A DNA stretch of 64,000 nt, taken from Leptospiraceae bacterium (GTDB lineage Bacteria > Spirochaetota > Leptospiria > Leptospirales > Leptonemataceae). The DNA lies in assembly GCA_040217195.1 (NCBI GenBank), contig JAVJNR010000007.1, positions 32,001 to 96,000 of the forward strand. Reading direction: 5' to 3'. Shown piece after piece: positions 50,587 through 60,530 of this stretch (the first letter of the stretch is position 1; each line of letters starts with the position of its first letter). The notes under the pieces are model-generated. The model saw only the letters and a list, made by a program, of their open reading frames with translations, was not told the origin of the DNA and made no database searches. A program made the position numbers and the translations under genes.

Positions 50587-51318
50587 TTAGTTACCTCTCC
50601 ATCGTCGAGACTCCAGCACTCGAACGGTAAAGAATAGAAATAGAACGGCCATTCCTCCAAAGAACAAAGTTCCCTGAAGAGGGATGATTCCCCGGGTGAA
50701 CGGATTAAACTGATCCAGGGCATGCATATAGCTGAAGATTTCCCGGGCAGGCGCGGGCAATAGACCTGCCAGATAGCCACCGATATCTACCAGCACCAGA
50801 ATTCCTGTGGCAATTAATAGAGAGATCAAATGGCTTTCTGTAAAGCTGGATGCAAAAATGCCCACTGCAGTGGAATACATGGCCACCAGGATCAGGCCAA
50901 TGAGACCAGTAACCGTCATGTATAAAGGGGCCTCTGCAATCCAGAAAATGTAAACTCCCTGCATTAGCAGAAGAAGTACGGCAAGTACAGTCAGGTTCAA
51001 AAGAAATTTTCCGATGACCAATTCCAGATCGGAGATGGGTAAACTGTACAGAAGCTCCAGTGTTCCTTGCTTTCGCTCGTTCACAAAAGCTGACATGGAA
51101 AGAAATATTCCTGCCCCCAGGGTAAGCAGATAGAAGATATAAAACAGGGCCACAGTAACCTGCTCGTAGGTGGCGCGATCGGTACTGGCCAGAATGACGC
51201 TTACGAATCCGCAGCAGAAAGCCAGGATTCCAATACTGAGAGGAGGTAAACTGGAGCCAAAGAACGAAGATAGCTCTTTCAGGTAAACCCAGTAGATTCG
51301 TTTCAGGGAGCCTTTCAT
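50587..51318 (-). CDS. GldF-like ABC-2 permease
   Basis: KELSSFFGS, NERKQGTLELLYSLP, LVIGKF, FTRGII, VLESRRW. Confidence 0.9.
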   Translation of the reverse strand: MKGSLKRIYWVYLKELSSFFGSSLPPLSIGILAFCCGFVSVILASTDRATYEQVTVALFYIFYLLTLGAGIFLSMSAFVNERKQGTLELLYSLPISDLELVIGKFLLNLTVLAVLLLLMQGVYIFWIAEAPLYMTVTGLIGLILVAMYSTAVGIFASSFTESHLISLLIATGILVLVDIGGYLAGLLPAPAREIFSYMHALDQFNPFTRGIIPLQGTLFFGGMAVLFLFFTVRVLESRRWRGN

Positions 51319-52040
51319 ACGCCCACCTCCACTTCACCGGTTGTATGTTTCATAAATTCAGTCTCCAGATCGCTTTCCAGTTTTTCTCCCTCCAGGGCAG
51401 CAGCCATCTTCCCTCTATGTAGAATCAGAACTCGATCACAGGTTCGACTTACTTCGGTCAGTATATGGCTGGATATCAAAATAGTATGCTGCCCGGCCAG
51501 TTCTCGAATCAGGTTTCGCACCTCTACAATTTGTCTGGGATCCAGTCCGGACACTGGTTCATCGAAAATCAAGATGGAAGGATTTCCAATCAGGGCTTGA
51601 GCGATGCCCACTCGTTTTCGATAGCCCAGGGATAGATGCCGAATCAAAGATCGTCTGGCTGGCTGCAGGTTGGTTCTCTCCACAACTCGGTCAAATTCAT
51701 CGGAGAATTCGGATTCGCTCACGCCGCGGAGACGAGCCACAAAATGCAAATAATCGTGAACCGTAAGCTCCAGGTAAAGAGGTGGAACTTCAGGAAGATA
51801 GCCCAGTTTGCTACGTATACTGAGTGGGTTCTCGGCTACGTTTTCGCCCTCCACTTCCAGGATGCCGTCGCTAGGAGTGAGAAACCCGGTGAGCAATCGC
51901 AGACAGGTAGTCTTTCCGGCCCCGTTCAGGCCCAGAAGACCCACCACTTCCCCGGTCTGAATCTCAAAACTAACATTTTGCAGGGCTGGAAAGTCTCCAT
52001 AGTATTTGGTAACCTGAGACAATCTAATAGGTGGTTGCAT
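51315..52040 (-). CDS. GldA-like ABC ATPase
   Basis: GLNGAGKTT, GYLPEVPPLY, LSLGYRKRVGIAQAL, DEPVSGLDP, ISSHIL. Confidence 0.95.
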   Translation of the reverse strand: MQPPIRLSQVTKYYGDFPALQNVSFEIQTGEVVGLLGLNGAGKTTCLRLLTGFLTPSDGILEVEGENVAENPLSIRSKLGYLPEVPPLYLELTVHDYLHFVARLRGVSESEFSDEFDRVVERTNLQPARRSLIRHLSLGYRKRVGIAQALIGNPSILIFDEPVSGLDPRQIVEVRNLIRELAGQHTILISSHILTEVSRTCDRVLILHRGKMAAALEGEKLESDLETEFMKHTTGEVEVGV

Positions 52041-52216
52041 ACAGCCTTTAACACCGATTCAGCGGGCCATATGTCAAATGATTTCCAATGAACGAAGGGA
52101 ACCAAAAGATGGTCAAATACTCTTAGAAGTCAAGAATCCAGAGACAAAAACTGCATTCCTGCCACCATTTGGGCTGTAACATGCAATTGCCTTGGCCCAG
52201 AACCCCGGAAAGAACC

Positions 52217-54064
52217 ATGAAATTTAGAAAAGCAATCGGAATGGATGCCTGTCTGATCCTTGTCCTAATGGCCGCTCTGTTACTACCGGCCACTGCATCC
52301 GCAAATCCTTACAGCCAGGGACGTCTTGCATTTGCCAGGGGCGACTTTGATTCTGCAATGAGGCTTCTGGAGCAATCCACGCGAAGCGATCCATCCAACG
52401 GAAATGCACATTTTTACATAGGACTTATCCACGAGCGAAAAGGCCGCAAAGGCCAGTCCATCCAGGCCTACAAGCAGGCCGTGGCTCGTCGCATGGATGC
52501 CGATCTAAGAGAAAAAGCGCTCTGGAAAATAGTGTTATATTCCAAATACATTGGAGACTGGGGTGCGGTGTCCATATACAGCGGACAGTTCCTGAAATAT
52601 AAACATCATCCAGAGATGGCCCGTCTCCAGTCCATGGCCGCCAACCAGGGAGGTTCATCCAGTGCAGAAATGGTACGATTGGTTCAAAAGGGACAAAGAG
52701 CTGAAAAAGTGGGAAACCTGGCAGAGGCTATTGGCTACTATGAGGAAGCCATCGATATAGAACCAGATGCGCATTCCGTGCGATGGAACCTTGCCTCTGT
52801 GGCCATGAAAGCGAATCAGTATTCCAGAGCTGTAAGCCATCTTCAATACCTGGATAAGAAGGATTCTCAATGGAAATACAGTTACAAACTGGGAGTTTGC
52901 TATTATCAGCTCGGTAGGTATCAGAATGCCCTTTCCTCTTTTGATCGAGCCACTGCGCAAAATAAAAGGCCGTCCGGCAGCTTTAGATATTTCATTCAAA
53001 TCGGCCGCGGGCTCACTTATCTGGAGCTGGAAGATGTGCCCCGAGCCGAGGAGCAGCTGGCCGGAGCTGCGAAAGTTAAGAATTCAGCTCTGGTGAAAGG
53101 CGCCCTTTCCAGGCTTGCCCTTATGAAAGGAGACCGTCCGGGAGCCATCAGCAATATGCAGGCCGCATTAAAAGAAGATGGCCAGCAGCTGGATGCACTA
53201 TCGGTAAAGGCTTTGCTAAGTTCGGATCCCGGAGATTACGAAAAATTCCAGGATCAGCTATATAGAAATACAGTCTATCAGCCGGCGTACTACAATTCGG
53301 TAACTTTGCAGTACGTACATGTTTTGATTGCGCGTTCGCGTTTTGATCGAGCCCGCACAGTTCTGGATTCTATCAGCAGCAAAGAACTGGAAAGCATCCA
53401 TGGAATGAAGTTTGATACCGCTGCTCAGTCCAACCGGGCCTTGATTTTTTCCACAACTCTGGCGCCGGCCCCTGGTCGCGGCAAAAATTCCAGGACTGAA
53501 TTGATTGAAGAAGAAATCCAGATGTTTCTGATTTTCGACAAATCCGATCGTGCGCGATCCGCCGTGGAAGCCTACAAAGATGAGCTTGCATTAAACAATC
53601 CGCAAAACACAGATTCACAGATTCAGCCGAAGCCCACAGAAGATCCTGAGTCTCCCGCCGGATGGCTGAGGCAGAATCCAGACCGATTTGAATCCGCCGC
53701 TCGCATTGAATTGCTGGATTACCTGCTGAAAAAGAAACAGCTGGCCAGGGCTCTGGAAATCGCCTCTTACTGGATTCCAAAGTCTGAGTCCTTCAAAGTT
53801 CAGGCCTCAGAACTAAATGAAGTGCAATCCCTGGTATCAAAGAATGAGAAATGGGCCAATCTATTCGGAAAAACCCTGGAGCCAGATCCGCAAGATTCGA
53901 ATCCAGGGTCGGACTCGGAACTTAAAGAAAATGATTCCACTGTGGATGGAAATAGCAACGAATCTACCGTAGACTTGCAGGAAGAGAATTCTATTCCCGA
54001 AAACTCCCAAATCGAGGAGGCCCCGGCGGAATCGGAAGAAATTCCAGAAACCCGGCCGCAGTAA
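52217..54064 (+). CDS. Exported TPR-repeat protein with acidic disordered tail
   Basis: Signal peptide ending ASA; multiple TPRs (AHFYIGLIHE, YKLGVCYYQLG); start uncertain. Confidence 0.85.
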   Translation: MKFRKAIGMDACLILVLMAALLLPATASANPYSQGRLAFARGDFDSAMRLLEQSTRSDPSNGNAHFYIGLIHERKGRKGQSIQAYKQAVARRMDADLREKALWKIVLYSKYIGDWGAVSIYSGQFLKYKHHPEMARLQSMAANQGGSSSAEMVRLVQKGQRAEKVGNLAEAIGYYEEAIDIEPDAHSVRWNLASVAMKANQYSRAVSHLQYLDKKDSQWKYSYKLGVCYYQLGRYQNALSSFDRATAQNKRPSGSFRYFIQIGRGLTYLELEDVPRAEEQLAGAAKVKNSALVKGALSRLALMKGDRPGAISNMQAALKEDGQQLDALSVKALLSSDPGDYEKFQDQLYRNTVYQPAYYNSVTLQYVHVLIARSRFDRARTVLDSISSKELESIHGMKFDTAAQSNRALIFSTTLAPAPGRGKNSRTELIEEEIQMFLIFDKSDRARSAVEAYKDELALNNPQNTDSQIQPKPTEDPESPAGWLRQNPDRFESAARIELLDYLLKKKQLARALEIASYWIPKSESFKVQASELNEVQSLVSKNEKWANLFGKTLEPDPQDSNPGSDSELKENDSTVDGNSNESTVDLQEENSIPENSQIEEAPAESEEIPETRPQ

Positions 54065-54087
54065 AGGTTGCCCGAAAGAGGCAAGAA

Positions 54088-54912
54088 ATGTCCCGGCGCC
54101 CTGAACTTCTAGGAATTGTAAATATCACCGAAGACTCATTTTCGGATGGGGGCCGCTATCTGGAACGGTCCAGTTTAGAATCCCGGATCAAAGAGCTCTG
54201 CCAGAGTGGTTGCAAAATTCTGGATCTGGGAGCAGCAAGCAGCAATCCAGCTGCGAATCCAGTGGAACCGGCAGTCGAAATTCAACGACTGGAATTGGCA
54301 TTCAATATTATCGATACATTAAGAAACCGCGACGAAATACCGCAAAACGTTCAGGTTTCGGTGGATTCATTTAAATCAGAAGTTCAATCCTTCGCGTTGG
54401 AGCGAAACGTCGATTTTCTAAACGATATTACTGGATTTTCCGAATCATCCTTCTATCCCACTCTCCTGAACTCTAAGAGTCAGCTCATATTAATGCATTC
54501 CATCCAGGAAGGCATTGCCACAGACGTTAGAGTTTCTCCGGATTCCATTCTCGACCGAATTGCGACTTTCTTTCGAAAAAGGCTTACCCAATTGGAAAAC
54601 GCTGGCATTGCCAGAAGTCGCATTGTTCTGGATCCTGGCATGGGATTTTTCCTGGGTTCGGATCCGGAGTGTTCATATCGAGTGCTACGTAATCTGGGTT
54701 TTCTGCGAAAGGAGTTTGATCTTCCGTTGCTCATATCTGTATCCAGAAAGTCATTTCTGGGAGCTCTGGTGAACAAACCTCCTCTGGACCGGGCCGCCGC
54801 CACCCTTTCCTGTGAACTCTATCTGGCAGACCAGAAAGTAGAGTATATTCGCACTCACGATCCGGCGGCTTTGATGGATGCACTGATTATCCAGAATGCG
54901 CTGCGCAGTTAA
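54088..54912 (+). CDS. folP: Dihydropteroate synthase, Sul-like type
   Basis: GIVNITEDSFSDGG, LDLGAASSNP, SVDSF, LNDITGF, LMHS, DPGMGFFLG, SVSRKSFLG, IRTHD. Confidence 0.95.
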   Translation: MSRRPELLGIVNITEDSFSDGGRYLERSSLESRIKELCQSGCKILDLGAASSNPAANPVEPAVEIQRLELAFNIIDTLRNRDEIPQNVQVSVDSFKSEVQSFALERNVDFLNDITGFSESSFYPTLLNSKSQLILMHSIQEGIATDVRVSPDSILDRIATFFRKRLTQLENAGIARSRIVLDPGMGFFLGSDPECSYRVLRNLGFLRKEFDLPLLISVSRKSFLGALVNKPPLDRAAATLSCELYLADQKVEYIRTHDPAALMDALIIQNALRS

Positions 54913-55137
54913 TTTTCATTCCATCATTAAGGCCTTTGTTCTGCGATGCTGGACATGCACCTTTCCGGTAATTGTTTAAGGTTATTGCTATTAAAGTTGC
55001 GGATTCTGGAAACTATCAAGAAGCACGGCCGGGAAATCAGGGCAGGCCAGATTGCTTAGAGAGAATTCGTCTTCAGGGCTACCAAACTCTCTGGCGGAAT
55101 CTATTTCTGCGAGATTTCAAGTCCTGCCATCGGTTTT

Positions 55138-56295
55138 TTAATCAGAGCTTTCTGGTCCTGACAGAAGCTTCAGAAACTCCGGATTAAATTCTGCAAATGG
55201 ATCCCTTCGACGCATCATGTTTTCCACCGGGCTTCCAGGAGGAGAGTCTCGCAAAATGAATCCATGGTCTGTTTTTTCCAGAGAAACGAATCTGTAGTTG
55301 GAAATATCGCTGCTTCGCACAGTGTTTTCTTGATCCGTTCTATCTTCGGGATGCACTTCTTCATCATATTCGCCTAGAACATGAATTAAATCCAACCCGG
55401 GCCTTACAACGTGCAGCGATTGAAGCAGCGGTGCGAATTCAAGCTGGGCGGCCTTTTGAGTCCATTTCCGATTGGATGGCCTGTATAGATGCGAAACAGT
55501 CTTTTCTAGAGCAAGCAAGTCTGAAGATAAACCGGCTTCCTTTAATTCTTCCAGGCGATCCTCCCAGGCATCTTCGTCCATCTCCGGGATTTTGCCTGAT
55601 TCAATATTCTGACGGTGTTCATTCCAGATTTTAGCAGCTTTTTCCTGGATTTCTGTGGGTGCTCCAGTAAGGTCCATATTATAGAACACTCGACCAGCCC
55701 ATTCCGTCAGGGCGGTTCCTGTGTATGCACAATTTGCCAGAATCAGACGCTCCGGCTCAAAGATTCTCAGAGATTCCGTTTTCTGCAAGGCCATAACGGA
55801 AACCAGACAACCTTCGCCCACGGCCAGAACACTGGTAGGCGCTTCTGGCAAATTCTCGGATTCCCGAAAGCGCTTGAGTAGTACCAGAACATCCATCAAT
55901 GCCTGTACAGACCGCTCCGGATCAGTGAGGTCTATGCTTTCATCGCCACTTCCAGGAGGGCTGTATCGAATTACTGCAATATTTCGCTCAACCAGTCTTC
56001 GAGCAAAGCGAAGACCCGGCCTGGTTTGATTTCCCGGAGAGTTCCAGTCCCTGTCATAATCCCGGTCCGGTACGATTAGTATATAACCTCTGGTTTCCTG
56101 CGGAAGCATGACCTCTGCAGAAGTGATATGCGTATCGGTCGCATTTTTATCCGCATGATCCGACAAGTTAAATCGTCTAAATTCCGCAGAGCTAAAATCC
56201 AGGCCCTGAATTATTGTAGGCAAATATACAAATGTCCCAATACCAATCAGTAGTAGACCAATCAGCAAGAATGTAATTAGAATAATTCGCTTCAT
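55138..56295 (-). CDS. Membrane-anchored alpha/beta-hydrolase-fold protein, nucleophile apparently missing
   Basis: DRDWN, NIAVIRYSPPGSG, LAVGEGC where GHSEG is expected, GEYDEEV, TDHGF. Confidence 0.6.
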   Translation of the reverse strand: MKRIILITFLLIGLLLIGIGTFVYLPTIIQGLDFSSAEFRRFNLSDHADKNATDTHITSAEVMLPQETRGYILIVPDRDYDRDWNSPGNQTRPGLRFARRLVERNIAVIRYSPPGSGDESIDLTDPERSVQALMDVLVLLKRFRESENLPEAPTSVLAVGEGCLVSVMALQKTESLRIFEPERLILANCAYTGTALTEWAGRVFYNMDLTGAPTEIQEKAAKIWNEHRQNIESGKIPEMDEDAWEDRLEELKEAGLSSDLLALEKTVSHLYRPSNRKWTQKAAQLEFAPLLQSLHVVRPGLDLIHVLGEYDEEVHPEDRTDQENTVRSSDISNYRFVSLEKTDHGFILRDSPPGSPVENMMRRRDPFAEFNPEFLKLLSGPESSD

Positions 56296-56390
56296 TAATT
56301 AATATCCCTTTGTGGATTCTAAGTAGCAGAACAGGCCAATGCTCGGCGTTGGAGAATTCTTTTTGCCCGGGATTAGCAATTCCATGGTCA

Positions 56391-57914
56391 TTAAAATACG
56401 AAATAGATAAACTGATGGCCAGATTGCGATAGAGCTGGAAGCATCCAGCCTCCCAGGACTATGCCAAGAATCAGGATTAACCAGAAATCGTAGCGTCTGA
56501 AACGTTGAAAATGAGCAGGCTTGTATTGCAACCAGTGAAAGAGGAACAATGCCAGAAACATAAATGCAATTGTTCCCATCTGTCCAATTTCCTGACTGCG
56601 AAATACCTCGGCACCAAACACTGACTCCAGGGTTTCTGCATCTCCCCCGGATTCTGAATAATGGTCTCTCAAATGATGGCTTCCGTGCATAAAAACGCCC
56701 GAAAGCATCTCGCCCATGATTTCGGTGGAGCTAACTTCCAGAGTCTTGTACTGCACCGGTTGCGCTCTAAACATTAGAGCTCCAATGGAAAACAGTACGA
56801 ACATGAAAAAGATCTTTATTATCTTGAGTGGTCCATTCTTTTCAGGAGTTGTTTTCCATCCCAGGACCTGCTCGATGAATCGCTCCAGAGCCAGAAGCAC
56901 TCCCCACATAGCACCCCAGGCAATGTAAGTGTAGTCCGCCCCATGCCATAGGCCGCCCAGAGTAAACGTAATGATCTGATTCACATAGGTGCGAGCGGCT
57001 GTGACTTTGCTACCGCCCAGTGGAAAATATATATAATCCCGTAACCAGGTAGCCAGAGTGATATGCCATCTTTGCCAGAGCTCCCTTGCACTGGCCGAAA
57101 AGAATGGGGCCCGGAAGTTCTCTGGAATGTCGTAGCCAAGTAACAGGGCCGAACCTCGAGCAATGTCCGTATAACCGGAAAAATCGCAATAGACCTGAAG
57201 AGAAAAACACATTCCGGCCAGCATGATGCTCCAGCCAGTGTAGAGCTCCGGAGCAGCATACACCGGGGCCACAATGGAGCCCATGGGATCAGCCAGAAGA
57301 ACTTTCTTGATCAATCCACCCAGAATTAGCCAGGAACCTCTGTAAATTCGGTCCTTGTCCACCCATGCCGTTTGAGGCAAAAAATCAGTGGAACGCATGA
57401 TCGGTCCGGCAATTAGCTGGGGAAAAAATAGAATAAAAAGGAAAAACCTGGAAAATCGAATCTCTTCAGTAATGACCCCTCTGTACACATCCACTACATA
57501 GGCCGTTAACTGAAACGTGTAGAAACTAATGGCCAGAGGCAAAAACAGATCCATGTTCTCCACGAAGGGAGGTAGATCCATTCCCATATCCCCGGCCACA
57601 CGAACGAAAAACCCGAAGTATTTGAAAACAGCGAGATTGATCAGATTGATGATCACGGTCAAAGCCATGATCAGCTTCCGTCGTGCATGATGGCGGAGCA
57701 TCCATTCCACCATGAAGTAATTCAAGACTACCAGGCCGATGAAATGCACGGTCCATCGAATGCCCCACCATCCCTCCCGGTTCAATCCCCAGGTGGCATA
57801 AAATAAAATGGAGCCAACAATTAGAACTCCCGGTCGATACCGGGATGGAAGGGTCCAGTAGATGAAGTATACTGCAGCAAAGAAAAGAAGGAATAGAAAT
57901 GAATTAAAGAGCAT
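56391..57914 (-). CDS. MBOAT O-acyltransferase (AlgI/PatA/DltB family)
   Basis: MLFNS, LPLAISFYTFQ, FFPQLIAGPI, YCDFSGYTDIARG, WQRWHITL, GLWHGA. Confidence 0.95.
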   Translation of the reverse strand: MLFNSFLFLLFFAAVYFIYWTLPSRYRPGVLIVGSILFYATWGLNREGWWGIRWTVHFIGLVVLNYFMVEWMLRHHARRKLIMALTVIINLINLAVFKYFGFFVRVAGDMGMDLPPFVENMDLFLPLAISFYTFQLTAYVVDVYRGVITEEIRFSRFFLFILFFPQLIAGPIMRSTDFLPQTAWVDKDRIYRGSWLILGGLIKKVLLADPMGSIVAPVYAAPELYTGWSIMLAGMCFSLQVYCDFSGYTDIARGSALLLGYDIPENFRAPFFSASARELWQRWHITLATWLRDYIYFPLGGSKVTAARTYVNQIITFTLGGLWHGADYTYIAWGAMWGVLLALERFIEQVLGWKTTPEKNGPLKIIKIFFMFVLFSIGALMFRAQPVQYKTLEVSSTEIMGEMLSGVFMHGSHHLRDHYSESGGDAETLESVFGAEVFRSQEIGQMGTIAFMFLALFLFHWLQYKPAHFQRFRRYDFWLILILGIVLGGWMLPALSQSGHQFIYFVF

Positions 57915-57958
57915 GCCGATTCGAACGAGTTCTGAAAGGAACTCTCAGTTGTGAACAA

Positions 57959-58975
57959 CTACGTCGGCTCTCCAACCTGAGCCTGAAGAACAGGAATGAA
58001 CTCGGCTATGGCGCTGTCAAGCGGCGAATCAACCGTGGCCCCGCAGGCATTCTTATGCCCACCACCACCATACTTCTGAACAGCCGCCAGTACATCCACA
58101 TCGGACCTGGACCTAACAGAAATCCTGGTTCTTTCCCGCTCCCGTTCCGTAAATAGAACGGCAACCTTGACTGATCCTGGTTCCAGAAGTTCATTTACCA
58201 GACCTTCCAGGTGATCGAATTCCAGACCAAGTTTTAGAACCTCATCTTTACGAATGGAAAAGAATGCTATGGTCTTTCCTTTGCTGAATCTCAGGTTCTG
58301 ATATAGTTTCTTCTTTAGCTCCAGACGCCCCAGAGGCTGACTGTTCAAGAGTCCTTCTGCAACCTTCTCCGGCCGAATCCCAGTTTCCAGAAGTCTGGCT
58401 GCAATTCGATGTGTATCCGGTGTAGTCTTTCCGTATCTGAAATGGCCTGTATCGGCAACAATGCCTGCATATAAGCCCAGGGCAATTTCTGGTGGAATCT
58501 CCTGGCCGGCCGCCTCATAGAATCGGTAAACCAGCTCGCAACTGGAAGCACAGTCCGGATCCTGAAATAGCCTCTCATAATCCGGAGATGCACCATCGTG
58601 ATGGTCAACGATTACCAGATTGGAATGATCCTGATTGAGCAGAAAACCCACATCTCCAATACGATCGGGATCAGAGTTATCCACACTGATCACTGTACGT
58701 CCCCGAAGCCGTTCTCGACCTTCCCTGGCATCCACCTGATCGAAGGTTTCGATCTTATGTCCTTCCAGAATGAAGCCCAGCTTTTCCGGTGCCTCATCGT
58801 GGTTTATGATTCTAGAATCAAAGCCCAGTTTTAGTAGTAGATAGTTGAGAGCTATTTCTGCCCCCAATCCGTCCGGGTCCGGGCCGCGGTGGGTAGTGAT
58901 AATAATGCCCAGACAGGACTTCATCCTGCGAAAAAAGGCCTCGGAAAGCCTGTCTAGTTGGGCGTTGGGCTGCAT
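57959..58975 (-). CDS. nrnA: DHH/DHHA1 phosphoesterase (NrnA-like)
   Basis: THRGPDPDGLG, VDHH, SSCELV, GIVADTGHF, SVRS, GGGGHKNACG. Confidence 0.9.
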   Translation of the reverse strand: MQPNAQLDRLSEAFFRRMKSCLGIIITTHRGPDPDGLGAEIALNYLLLKLGFDSRIINHDEAPEKLGFILEGHKIETFDQVDAREGRERLRGRTVISVDNSDPDRIGDVGFLLNQDHSNLVIVDHHDGASPDYERLFQDPDCASSCELVYRFYEAAGQEIPPEIALGLYAGIVADTGHFRYGKTTPDTHRIAARLLETGIRPEKVAEGLLNSQPLGRLELKKKLYQNLRFSKGKTIAFFSIRKDEVLKLGLEFDHLEGLVNELLEPGSVKVAVLFTERERERTRISVRSRSDVDVLAAVQKYGGGGHKNACGATVDSPLDSAIAEFIPVLQAQVGEPT

Positions 58976-59027
58976 CTTTGCTGACCTTACAGGTATATAA
59001 CAAGATCGGCAAGTGATTTCCCAATGT

Positions 59028-60347
59028 TCAGGCTATGCTTTCTGCAAGTTCCAGGCGAGCCGCTTCCAGCAAGGCATCCCTTTCATTGTCCAGTTCACCG
59101 GATTTCACCCGATCCAGCAGCCCTTTGAGCAAATCTCCCATTCCAGGACCTGGAGCCATACCCATTTCCATCAGATCTTTTCCATCAATTTTCAGATCCC
59201 GAACCTTCAGCTCTTCTTCCTGCTTGCGGATCTCTTCAATGTGCCGGATCAAGTCTTTGATGGCTCGAGGCAATGCCTGTTTTTTCCCGGACCCTTTTCG
59301 ATCTGCCAGGCGCAACGCAATCAAATCCTCCAGCTGGGAAGGACTGACCTTCTGCATAAATCGGCGCACCGCTCGATCGCTCCATTCCGAGGTGTAATGG
59401 AACATATGGTTTCTGACCAGGAACTTGACTCTCTTTCCAAGGTTGGCATCAAAACCAAAGCGACGCATGATTTTTTCAGTAATGCGTGCACCCACCACCT
59501 CATGGTTATGGAAAGTAGCTTCGCCTCCCGGCTGCTCCCGGCGAGTATCGGATTTACCAATGTCATGAAGTAATGCTGCAAGACGCAGTTTTAGAATTGG
59601 CTCATCCACTGCATCACAGGCATAGATCAAATGATGAAAAATATCATGCTTATGATATCGATTCTGAGTCAGTCCTTTCCCCTTTGCAAGATCGGGCAAA
59701 AACCAATCCAGAGCATTCAATGAATCGAGAATTAAGAATCCATTAGAAGGTCGCGCTCCACATACAATCTTTTGGAAGCATTTGCGGATAAATTTTCTGG
59801 ATAGATTTTCTGCTTCCTCTTCGGACCAGGCAGTGGCCAGGTCCGCGCGAAACGCCGGATCCAGATCAAAATCTAAAAGTGAAGCTATTCCAGGGATTCG
59901 AAGTGTGTCTGATGTTTCAAAAGGTCCTTGAGACAGGGGACGCAACGTTCCAGAAAGATAGTCCGAACGAGCTTGATCCGGACCCACCCAGGAGTTGCCG
60001 TCAAAACGCAATAGATCTACGGTGAATTCAAAGTCTGAATCCTCCTGCAAAAATCGCAGATGAAAATCCTCTTTGCATTCTGGAAAAGATACAACCCATT
60101 TTCTTTCGGAGTCTGATTCTCCGCTTTCCAGAAATTCATCGATCTCAGACAGGGACACAGCAGACAGCGCCTCCCATTGACCGGGATTGAGACGAAATAC
60201 AGCTACAGGATTGTGGCTTCTAAAATACTTCAGACTTTCGCCAGACAGATTTGTGGAATCAAAGGGTAAATGAGAATAACGCTCCATCCAATCCAGCAGA
60301 TAGGATGGCGGATAATAATCTGCATGATCTGAAACAAAAGGTGTCAT
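59028..60347 (-). CDS. HD-domain protein related to CCA-adding enzyme, with degenerate nucleotidyltransferase head
   Basis: QNRYHKHDIFHH, AALLHDIGK, FHNHEVVG, VRNHM, LRLAD, LKIDGKDLMEMG..PGP..G. Confidence 0.8.
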   Translation of the reverse strand: MTPFVSDHADYYPPSYLLDWMERYSHLPFDSTNLSGESLKYFRSHNPVAVFRLNPGQWEALSAVSLSEIDEFLESGESDSERKWVVSFPECKEDFHLRFLQEDSDFEFTVDLLRFDGNSWVGPDQARSDYLSGTLRPLSQGPFETSDTLRIPGIASLLDFDLDPAFRADLATAWSEEEAENLSRKFIRKCFQKIVCGARPSNGFLILDSLNALDWFLPDLAKGKGLTQNRYHKHDIFHHLIYACDAVDEPILKLRLAALLHDIGKSDTRREQPGGEATFHNHEVVGARITEKIMRRFGFDANLGKRVKFLVRNHMFHYTSEWSDRAVRRFMQKVSPSQLEDLIALRLADRKGSGKKQALPRAIKDLIRHIEEIRKQEEELKVRDLKIDGKDLMEMGMAPGPGMGDLLKGLLDRVKSGELDNERDALLEAARLELAESIA

Positions 60348-60530
60348 GGTTCTTTCCTTCCAGGATCTCAGGCTACAGCACATATCCGGAAAATGTCTGT
60401 GGGGCTACCAGCTTCCGGACTTTGGAAGTTGGGTGGTTAAGAGCCGCCCGGAGAAATCTAGTTCGAATTACAGGGAGCTTGTCAGTTCAAAAAAGGGTGC
60501 CTGGTGCAAAAGAAAAAAAAATCTGGAGTA

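Noticed and set aside
54088..54912. Acquired sul cassette / class 1 integron
   Set aside because: No intI, qacE, attC, ISCR or inverted repeats; the gene sits among housekeeping genes.
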